From Podarcis muralis (Eukaryota): a stretch of 64,000 nucleotides of DNA. This document shows, piece by piece, positions 1 to 9,900 of this stretch. Position 1 is the stretch's first letter, and each line of letters opens with the position of its first letter. The notes under the pieces are model-generated. The model worked only from the letters and a program-made list of their open reading frames with translations, ran no database searches and was not told the DNA's origin. The position numbers were made by a program, and so were the translations under genes. The stretch covers positions 36,642,001 to 36,706,000 of the forward strand of contig NC_135656.1 of assembly GCF_964188315.1 (NCBI RefSeq), read 5' to 3'.

Positions 1-301
1 GTCTTTTCACTGCATCCTTTTGATTTCTTTCCTTTAACAGGATCTCCGTCTGCCATATAAATACCTTTGTAACAACTTCTTCCAGTTAAGCCAATAATTT
101 GCCAATTCTCATGCATCATATCCCTTGATAAAGTCCAAAGAAACGAGCTCAGCCTCTAGAAATGTTAGCCTCTTCTCAGTGTAAATCCCAGCCTCAACCT
201 GATGAGCTCTTGATATCATTTGTTGCATTCGGAAGCTCCACTGTTGGTTACATCTTTGTGTAAAGGCTCACCTAACCAATACCCCTCCCTTTGCCTTTCA
301 G

Positions 302-472
302 TGGATGAGAGCCAGGTGGACATCAGACCCCTGCTATGCATTCTTCGGTGTGGACGGCACAGAGTGCTCGTTCCTCATCTACCTCAGCGAAGTCGAGTGG
401 TTTTGCCCCGTGCTGCCTTGGCGAAATCAGACAGCGGCTGCATCTTCCACCGTGCCACCACCCAGAGCGCAG
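302..472 (+). CDS. MGAT5B: MGAT5B coding exon A (171 nt, phase 0-0): WMRARWTSDPCY...VPPPRAQ
   Basis: Acceptor tttgcctttcag|TGG at 301/302 and donor CAG|gtgaag at 472/473; the translation matches the MGAT5B stem region. Confidence 0.96.
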
Positions 473-552
473 GTGAAGCTTGTAGGCCTTGAATCATGCC
501 AGTCAAGTTACATCCTCACTTATTTGACAAAGGTTGTTTTTGTCTGAAACAG

Positions 553-830
553 TGCTCCTGTCTTTCGGTCCCAGCTCCTGCCCACCTAGCAGTTCGAAAG
601 CACCCTTAAGTGCAAGTAGATAAATAGGTACCGCTTTATAGCGGGAAGGTAAACGGCGTTTCCGTGTGCTGCGCTGGTGCTGGCTCGCCAGAGCAGCTTC
701 GTCACACTGGCCACGTGACCCAGAAGTGTCTCCGGACAGCGCTGGCCCCTGGCCTCTTAAGTGAGATGGGTGCACAACCCTAGAGTCGGACACGACTGGC
801 CCGTACAGGCAGGGGTACCTTTACATTTTA
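553..830 (+). mobile_element. Sauria (Squam1) SINE, 5'-truncated, variant subfamily
   Basis: Core cctagcagttcgaaagcac...gtgcaagtagataaataggtaccgc and 3' end gagtcggacacgactggcccgtacaggcaggggtacctttac. Confidence 0.9.
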
Positions 831-920
831 TATCATAGTTAATTTTCAAGATGGCACTGAACATATTGGCTGCCCCTTGGTGACTGAATTTGTTCGCTCC
901 AATCATGAGGCATCTTCAGC

Positions 921-1193
921 CAGGGCCGTAACTAGGGGGGGTGAGGTGGGCCCCCACCAGGGCGCAGGCAAGAGGGGGAGGTGCAAAATCAGCTAAAATA
1001 TGTCCATAAATATATCTATAAAATAAAAATATCGATTATTTCCCCATAAGAAAAGGTTTTAAATAGAGGGTGAATTGAATGGGTGGAGAAGGGGTTGTAG
1101 GAGAGGTGGAAAGAAGAACTAATTTGCCCGTGGGAAGGGGGCACAATCTGGAAGGTTCTGCCAGGGGCACAAGATCACCTAGCTACGGCTCTG
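921..1193. mobile_element. hAT-type MITE (273 bp)
   Basis: 16-bp terminal inverted repeats (TIRs) cagggccgtaactagg / cctagctacggctctg; perfect 8-bp TSD tcttcagc at 913-920 and 1194-1201. Confidence 0.88.
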
Positions 1194-1343
1194 TCTTCAG
1201 CCCTGTTCAAATGGAGAAGAGAAAGGAAGCATACTTTGCCCATGTAACCTACATGCACCGTAGGATCTCCTTGCTCAGACAGCCATTGCAAGGGTCACCC
1301 TGGACCTTGTGTTAACAGGAAAAGTCTGTTGTTGTTTCCCTAG

Positions 1344-1508
1344 GCGTCTTTTCAGAGAGACCTCTCCTACCTCCTGGAGTTGATTGGCAGTGGCAAAGAG
1401 TCTTTGATCTTCATGAAGAAAAGGATTCGGCATTTGGCCACGCAGTGGCTGAGGGCTTCACATAAACTGGAGCAGAAGCTAGAAGACAAAAAGAGAGATC
1501 AGAAACAG
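1344..1508 (+). CDS. MGAT5B: MGAT5B coding exon B (165 nt, phase 0-0): ASFQRDLSYLLELIGSGKESLIFMKKRIRH...RDQKQ
   Basis: Acceptor gtttccctag|GCG and donor CAG|gtacaa; GSGKESLIFMKKR motif. It has no ATG-initiated ORF in the supplied track and was translated by hand. Confidence 0.95.
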
Positions 1509-1615
1509 GTACAAAATTCAATCTGCTGCTTGTGAACCAACTTGTTATTTGTGGGTATGGTGGACTCACAGCAAGACTGAGGGCCGTTTCCAGCTGAAGC
1601 GTCCCATCAGTACAA

Positions 1616-2076
1616 AGACCATATAACACTGGTCCTGAGAGACCTGCATTGGCTCCCAGTACATTTCCAAGCACAATTCAAAGTGTTGGTGCTGACCTTT
1701 AAGGCCCTAAGTGGCCTCTGTTCTGTATACCTGAAGGAGCATCTCCACCCCCATCATTCAGCCCGAACACTGAGGTCCAGCGCTGAGGGCCTTCTGGCAG
1801 TTCCCTCACTGTGAGAAGTGAGGTTACAGGGAACCAGGCAGAGGGCCTTCTCGGTAATGGCGCCTGCCCTGTGGAACGCCCTCCCATCAGATGTCAAGGA
1901 AATAAGCAACTATCTTACTTTTAAAAGACATCTGAAGGCAGCCCTGTTTAGGGAAGTTTTAAATGTTTAATGCTGCATTGTGTTTTTAACATTCGGTTGG
2001 GAGCCTCCCAGAGTGGCTGGGGAAACCCAGCCAGATGGGTTGGGTATAAATAATAAATTATTATTATAAATTATTA
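1616..2076 (+). mobile_element. L2-clade LINE, 3' end (approximate limits)
   Basis: Translates as DHITLVLRDLHWLPVHFQAQFKVLVLTFKAL...RTLRSSAEGLLAVP...RAFSVMAPALWNALP with an in-frame stop; tail gagtggctggggaaacccagccagatggg...(aat)n. Confidence 0.85.
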
Positions 2077-2330
2077 TACGGACTCCACTTCCACAATGGG
2101 ACCTCCCTGCTCTTCCCCAAATCTGTACTGGAGTGTTAGAGGAAACCTAGCTCAGATTGCAGGGGAAAATTTTGTTGCACAAGTGGACGTCCTTGTGTTG
2201 ATGGGATGTGATAGTTGGATTCACCCTGAGAGTTTACCTTGCTATGTGCTCTGTATATTTGCTTCTCCCTTGTACACCCAGCACTGATATCATGTTCTCT
2301 CCCTCTTCCTCTCCCTCCCTCCTTCATTAG

Positions 2331-2500
2331 ATTTTGATCCACATTGGCTTCTTGACAGAAGAATCAGGAGATGTTTTCAGCCCTCGCGTCTTAAAGGGAG
2401 GCCCCCTGGGGGAGATGGTCCAATGGGCAGATATTTTGGCAGTCCTTTTCATTCTGGGCCATAGCCTGAAAATCACAGTTTCTTTGAAGGAGCTCCAGAG
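2331..2500 (+). CDS. MGAT5B: MGAT5B coding exon C (170 nt, phase 0-2): ILIHIGFLTEESGDVFSPRVLKGGPLGEMVQWADILAV...KELQ
   Basis: Long pyrimidine tract with ttcattag|ATT and donor AG|gtgggt. It contains LTEESG (the equivalent of the GnT-V TKESG catalytic Glu segment) and GGPLGE. Confidence 0.97.
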
Positions 2501-4297
2501 GTGGGTTTGTGGATGAAATAGAAGCTGAACAGTGACATTTGTTTTGAAGCATGTCTTTGGCTCTTGCTCATTGTGATCACAATGCTTAGATTACAGCAGT
2601 GGGGAACCTCTGGCTTGGGGGCTGCATGTACTGTCCCCCAGCCATGCCCCTCACTGGCCATGCTTCAAACCCTCCTTGAGTGTTTATGTCTGACTAGACT
2701 GTCCCCTTGAGCTCTAATAATCCCCTTTGCTTGCCTGGATGGAGTAAAGAAATCTGTGGTGTAGAAACCAGCCTACTGTACATAGGTAAATTCACACTCC
2801 TTGCTCTGTCCCCTTTTGCCGTACTGACATGTGCCTCCCCTCCTGGAAGATTTCTCAGAAGGGAATGTGGTCCTCAAACTGCAAAAGTTGTCTCCATTTC
2901 TGGAATGTGGTCCTCAAACTGGAAAAATTGTCTCTGCTTATACCTAGGGTTGTGCCAAAATTCCACCCATTTCAATGTGGAGGTCAAAAGTCAAAAAGTC
3001 ACAATTTGTGGGGCCCTTGATGTAAAACAGACCCTAAGTCACTGAAAATGTTTGGCCTTTTCATGTTTGTTTTTGGTCTCTGGTTTTTCACAAACTGCTG
3101 CTGCGCTGCTTTACCCCTTAGTTGGGGATCCCTTTCTCCTTCATAGAATTATTCCATAATGGAAGTAAAAACGCAGCAATCCTGCTTAGCATGAGGAGGC
3201 AATGGTTATTGGACTGACCTCATCAATGATCCTAGCCAATCAGAAACATGAGGACAAATGAAGCCTATTTGGGGCAATGCTTTCTTAATAGGCTGCCATG
3301 TTTTTCCCTTTCACAGTGATTCTCTCCTCCAGCAGCAGCAACCCCCCCCCCCAAAAAAAATATAACTTGTTGCAATAGTGGGGCACTTCTCATCAGTGCT
3401 GAAGGTATGAGCGGATATTACCCTCCTCATTCCAACTCAGCCCTACTTACAGCTCAAACTGAGTTGCAGAAAGCAATTAGCCTAACTAGTGGGGATTGCA
3501 GCTGGTGGGGGTTAAGAACAAGAAAGCGCAAACAACATCACAGCAGGGATAGGCTGATTAGTATTTAACAGCCGTTGATTCAGTCAGAATGGCATGCTCC
3601 CTTATCAGCCCTAGCTGTCGCAAAAATACAATTTTTAAAATGAGTGCTTAGCTTCCCGGTAAATGTTACAAGAAGCACAGTTGAATGTTGCAAGAGATGG
3701 CTCCCTGTCCCCCAGCTAGAATGCCTGGTATGACTAAGACTGAGATGGAATTTCCCAGAAGGAATTTCTCTGTGAAAATTTCTGAGACTTTCCTCTTTTT
3801 TCACATATGCACACACATCTGAAAAATAATGCCACTTTACACATTTTTCTGCTGAACACTCTCCACCATATTTTGACGATAGGGGCCACGCTGCCAACAC
3901 AGCTGCCGCCACTGCCAGCGCTTGTAGCTGCCACAGCAGAAAAGCCATAGAGAGAAAAGGAAAGAAGGGCTGTGCTACTGCCGCTGTTCATCAGGAGGGC
4001 AAACGTGGCCCCATGACCATGGGTGCCTGGGGCTGTCGGTGCCATGCGATGTGCATGGCCCTGGCACTGAAATTTGTCCCTTCATGGGGAATTTTGTGTG
4101 TGCTTGGACACCCAGGGCTCCAGGGAGTTGGCAGCTATGCTGTTCATGGTGAGCCTCAGCCCCCTAAACCCCTTGGAGCCTTTCTCCTCTCCTGGAGAAA
4201 TTCAGTGAAATGAATTTTCACCGCCACCACTATGCCCCAATTTCTCTGGCCACAGATAGAGTATTTCAAGTATTTGTACCCAGCTTTAGGTTCTGAC

Positions 4298-4790
4298 TAG
4301 GGGGTGGTGAGGAAATGTGGTTCAGCTCACATTTGAAGGTGAACTTCCCTAATATGCACTGCCTGACGCAACAAGCAAACCAAGCTACCCTAGACATCCA
4401 AATTTGCACTGCTCTGAATTTTCAATGCAGTTCTCCGGAATAATAATAATAATAATTTATTATTTGTACCCCGTCCATCTGGCTGGGTTTCCAAAAAGGA
4501 ATATATTAGAGTAAACGGTGCATAAAAGAGCCATATATTTGTGAGAATAGCATACAAAAAATGCACTACATTAGGAGAAATTGTTTGCAAAACGTGTATA
4601 TTAGGCAAAATTGTGTGTGAAAATGTGCACATTGGGGGGGAAATTCAGTAAATGGTGGATGAATTTTCATGTGGACTTCTTAAAAAAACAAAAACCCTTC
4701 AGAATGATGTAGAAATGTAGAAAACTGAATTTAAAACTAGAAAAAAAAGAGAAACAGAAAAACCAAAATGGACAGACTCACCCACCCCTA
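4298..4790 (+). mobile_element. hAT-type non-autonomous element with TAGGG...CCCTA termini, copy 1, containing an L2 tail fragment at 4439-4492 (minus strand)
   Basis: TIR tagggggtggtgag / ctcacccaccccta; 8-bp TSD gttctgac / attctgac; the body resembles copies at 40016, 61859, 43473 and 29400. Confidence 0.75.
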
Positions 4791-6161
4791 ATTCTGACAT
4801 TGTTATGGTCACAGCGAGCAATGTGGAGCTGGGAATGGGGAAATACATAGTGTAATGATGTAAGAACACATGTTTGGTTGTTATGAGGGGGTAGAGGATT
4901 AAGGGACATAAAGGGCACAATTAAACCCCTGTGTCTATGCCATGCTCGTATTGGGGTTTCAGTTTAGCAAACGTGCAGTGGCTGCTCTTTCACACAGTTC
5001 AAGCCCTTTCTTACGCTCAGAACAGTAGGAGATTTGGCCTCTGCATTCCAGCACTGGTTTCTGATGTTTGTTGGGCACTCAGATCTCCTGCACCATCAGC
5101 TCTCTTTGTAGCCAGTAGAGGATCCTCTTCCCATTCTCTAGCAATTTCCCCTTCCAATCACATACCTAACAGACAGTACACTCTACTGTTGCAAGTGGTT
5201 TCCTACCAGCAGAGGATCTGAAAAAGCATAATTTCTTCTGCTCCTCTTTTAAGTTACTGCAGCATGCTCCTGTTTTGTAACACAGCACAAATCCATGAAG
5301 CGTCTCCTTTTGTAACATTTTAAAGGGCAGGAGAAGGGCCTTCGATTCAGTGAAACCAGCACATTTTTTATTGCTTTGTAGCACTTTGTGGAGCATTCCC
5401 TGCAAATCATCTCAGCTTCTTGCTGTTTATTGCAGCTTCAGAACGGCTAGTAGGGTGGAGGGTAGCTGGTTATGGAGCTAACAAAGACTTTAGCAGAAGA
5501 AATTACTCAGAAAATCCTAGTAGCACTTAAGGCCGTTTATGCATTTAATTATTGTCACCAATGAACCTTGAGGCAGGGCTATAGGCAAATAAAGGAGCAT
5601 TGTAGCTTCTGGACCTCTTTGCTCTGAGTACGGTGATTTGATGCTGTGATGTTCTGTGGTTCCATGGTTGTTCCCCCCAAAAGTGCATTCTTGGCTACCT
5701 GACCCATTTTCCTGTTCTCATTCTCAACATGAATTTGAGGAGATGAACTGTGCTACACTCAAAGCCTGTTTGGGGAGTTGGGATACAACAACGTCTGGAG
5801 GGACACATCTGGAGGGACACAGGTTGTGTACTCTCCAAAACTCAAGCTAATTCTTTTGTTTAATTCACCCCACCACTTTCACCACAAGCTCAATACTGCA
5901 GCTTAAACACATTTGCATAATTGTTTTAATTTGCCCAACCATTTTTGGTCAGAGCATGCAAAAACCTAACTTGACTGTAGCATCCCTTTAATGCAGATAT
6001 CATAGAGTCGCAGCTGTCAGGCCTTATGCATGTCTTTCTTATGTCTGCCTGGAAGAATACAGGAGCCCTGATCTCAGTTGGTGATGATGTGAGGACAAAA
6101 CGTCTGGCTCCCACCTTGACTCCTGTAGTTTAAACTAGATGCCTGTTTTTTCACTCTTTTA

Positions 6162-6162
<1 letters not shown>

Positions 6163-6198
<36 letters not shown>
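6163..6198. repeat. (CA)18 microsatellite
   Basis: Read directly from the sequence. Confidence 0.95.
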
Positions 6199-6201
<3 letters not shown>

Positions 6202-6801
6202 CCCTTGCATTTCTTAGTGAATTTGCTAGCTACAGTTTTATGCACCCTGACAGCCAAGAGGTGAAATGTACATGATTATCTGGTGCAAACCATGCAAAGG
6301 AATTGTTGTAACATCAGCAGCAATTTGCAGCTCCCGGGAAAGAGAGTGCAAGTGTCAAGCTGAATCATTTAGGGTCCAGACAAGACTCCTTTGCTGCTAA
6401 CTTTTGTGCTGAGTGTGGAGAGTTCCCAGTTGGAAATGGATGTTGCTGGTTGTGTGTTGTGCAGTAGAGGACAAAAACTCAATCCCACTGGAATGGAGAG
6501 GCAAACAATTTGGGCTCTGGAAAGTAGAGTTATAGATGAAACTAATAAGTTTCTCTACCATCCTTTGGGAAGAAGGGTGGGATATATGGTAAATTTAATA
6601 AATAAATGGAACAATCCTCATTTGATGATGGCAACTTCATAGCTTGCATGTGCAAACCAGTCAGATAGAAAATGACAACTAGAATTCTTATAGCTTCTCA
6701 CGTTTGTTGTGGGAAGTGTGGGAGACAATGAAAAGTGAACCTCTGCCTTTTCAGCATGATCTCCTGACACTGTTAAGGAAACAATTGCACTCAGAATTTC
6801 A

Positions 6802-6960
6802 GGGAAGAACCATTGCTCAGTGATAGCGTATCTGGTGAAGTCCCAGCTTCATTCCCTGAAATCTCCAGGTAGGGTTGGGAAAGAATCCAGCCTGAAACCC
6901 AGAAGAGTCACTGCCAGTCAATGGACAATAATGAGTTGGCAAACCCTGAGTCTGTATATT
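6802..6960 (+). mobile_element. Degraded tRNA-derived SINE (Squam3-like), approximate limits
   Basis: gggaagaaccattgctcagtg...ctccaggtagggttgggaaaga...gcctgaaaccc aligns by eye with the copy at 17447. Confidence 0.65.
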
Positions 6961-9900
6961 CCTGTTAACAGTAGCTTTCCTTTTAGAGTGACAGAAGATC
7001 ATGTGCCCTTTAAGCCCCTGCTTTGCATTTTCAAAGTGCTCTGCCCCATACCCCCAACACTCTTGAACAAATATTTCTAGTAACACTGGCAGAAGGAAAG
7101 CAGAAACTGATTCAAATGAGAGGAGAGGTTTGATAAGTGCCCACATAGAATCTACATCCCCCCTTTTAATCTAAGCATAAGAATTCTTCCTTTCAACAGG
7201 GGCGAGCTAGAAAAGGTTGTTCTTCAGCACAGTCACAACAATGCAGTTCTATTCCATGCATCTAGGGGTCAACAAGAAAAGCCACAGTCTGTTGAGACTT
7301 AGTAAAATAAGTGCACAGCAAACCTTTGACTGTCCTTCTTTTGTGTGAGGCCTGTGCAATTATAGAGGATGTATGTATTTGTCTGTGCTTCTTTGGTTCA
7401 TTATGCTACAGAAATGAGTGGCTCATATGCAAGAAAGCACCAAACTTTCAAAGTGAGGCATTTTAATTACTTCTGGCAGATGAAAGCTTTTTATTTCCAT
7501 GGCTTGTTTTTCTCCCCACAAAGCAAGAAAGGCGTCAAGGCTCTGAATTTTAAATCACTTCCCACAATATACAGGATATACCTGCACCAGGATCATTCAC
7601 ACAAAACAAGCCATCGTGTGCACTGCTTGTGAAAAACAGCAAAGGCACATACATTTGAGCACCAACATTATGTCCAATTACTAGCTGTGATCCAATAGGC
7701 ACATATGCATGTTCCAGAGTCAACCCCATTCTCCCCCCTGAGTTTTTCCTGTCACCAATATGGATGCTTAGTTTGTCCCCATGTTTCCCTTTAACCTAGT
7801 CTTACACCAGCTTGCTCTTGTGTGTGGTGCGAACAAAGTAACAGTGTTAGGACAAGTATTGAAATTCATTTAGAGTCATGTGGTTTCCTGTGTAGTTTGT
7901 TGGATTTAGGGCCATTTTTAAAAATCCCTGCCTAGCCATGAAGCTCACCGGATGACACTTTTCCAGCCTAACTAGAGATCATTCTGAAATCCTCACCGTC
8001 TGATTTAAGAATACAAGAAGTTGTAGCCAGATTCTTTGTGTGTGGCGTTTACCACTGCAGAGGAGGACCCCCAACTCTTCAGTATAACACTGCAGGGGAA
8101 GAGAATTAAAAATCACATCAAGATCACTGGCTTTTGGGGGGCATCATTTTATCATGTATATACAGTCGCATGCATTGTATTGCAAAGGATAAAGTGGAAC
8201 AAGAAGAACTGAAAACTGCAGCTAAGTACATATCTTCCAATTCCAGAATTAATTATAGAAATTCTCTATGTTGGAATTATATTAAAGAGAGTGAAATGCA
8301 CCACAAAAAGGAGCTTCTGAAACAATAAAGGAATATAGTACAGGAGGAAATGACACAGCCCTAAGCGCAACACACCTCACAGAGTTTTTGTGAGGATAAA
8401 ATGTGATGATCTCCATGTATGTCCCTCTTAATTCCATGGAGGAAGGGCAGAATGCAAACAATGGTACCCCTTTGGACCATTTATCTTTTCTGATAAAAGA
8501 CAGACCATCTTTATAGGGAATCACAGGCATCAACACCTGTGATGAGTGTAGCAGATTCAGAGAAGAAAGGGGATTGTATGAACAAGGTTTGGATAACAGG
8601 CTTGACAGTGTTTCATAAGAACCTAAGAGAAGCCCTGCTGCTTAAGATATTTTAAAATGCAGGAAATGTAATACCTAAATCTATTTTTCCAAGGTCAGAA
8701 TTTTGTTTCAGGCACAATCCCGGAAGCAATTCTTGTGATCATTGCCCATTTCGCGCAGAAATGGATGAAAACGTTACATTTCCTTTGTTACATTTGTATA
8801 GAATGTAAAGATGTGGATGTGTGCGTGCCTGTGCCTTGCAAGTTTCATAAAGCTGGGTTCTAGTTGGGAATGATTGTGGAAAGGCTTAGAAAACAGTCTT
8901 TCAAGCAGCATCTCTGTGGCTTAAGGAGGCTAGAAGCATAGCTCAGGTGTGTAGTCTCTATGGATTCCAATGTGAGGAGGCTTTCTTCATATTTTATTGT
9001 GCAGAACATTCAATCTTTAATGTGGATCAGAGAGTGAGGGCTATTTCACACAAAGCATATACTTTGGAATAGTTGTGCTTTAGTCGCTTGCTTTGTACGG
9101 GGAACCTGTGTGGTGTCATTATCATCAAGTCATAGACCTCCTTTGTTTTCCCTTTTCTCAGTATACAAAAGAACCCCATTAAAATATGAAAAGGGCAGAA
9201 CACTAACTCAAACAGGGATGGTGCTTAACAAGAGTGGGCCTTGACACATTGCCCACTGATGCTCTCTCGCATCTCTTGCTGATTCCTACCCACCCACCCA
9301 CTGGAGCTGCTGATCAGGCTCTGAGCCGTGAGTTTCCGCAGTGGTGCCAAGCTCAATTTCCACAGCTGTAGATCACCGTAATGCTACTCTTCTCTCTGTT
9401 AAAGAGCCATGGTTTTGATGTGTGCCGTGATAATATTTGGTTTGCCTACCATCTGAAGGTAGGCTATACAACTTGATACAATTAACTTTCATTTTAGCCA
9501 TGAATTTTTTTAACCAGTCTTTTCATTTGTCTTTCTTTTCTTTTCTTTTTTTGCCACAGAGCAAATTTTAAAACTGAATTTAACTATCATGCTGCCTTTT
9601 CAGTCAATGCCACTTTTATTTTTTTTAAAGAAGTGTGTTTCTTTTTCATTTTGTTTTTAACTGCACGGAAGTGCTGAAATATTAAAAAGCACTTTGGTGG
9701 AAAAAAAAGATTTTAAAAAGTGATATAAATGGACTTCAAAACGGACATGCTCGAGTGAATGCTTTCTTTTATGCCCACACATGCTGTCATGTCATGCTCA
9801 CTGCTGTGGACAGAACATAGCAGAATGCACACACATAAAAATGTTAGAACCTTCTGAAGTGTGGGAGGTCAGCTGCAATTCTCTATGTTGCTTACAGTGG

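Noticed and set aside
1-100. Strong acceptor-like site ttctttcctttaacag|GATCTC at 40/41
   Set aside because: The phase-0 reading hits TAA after 18 codons, it shows no similarity to the expected preceding MGAT5B peptide, and there is no good donor. Treated as a decoy site.
728-745. GGACAGCGCT, resembling the right half of an RE1/REST site
   Set aside because: The left half (TTCAGCACC) is absent and the motif is part of a SINE body.
9520-9640. Very strong pyrimidine tract plus ccacag acceptor at 9559
   Set aside because: The only nearby donor (AA|gtgtgt at 9633) is weak and gives a 73-nt frameshifting exon. T-rich tracts commonly mimic acceptors.
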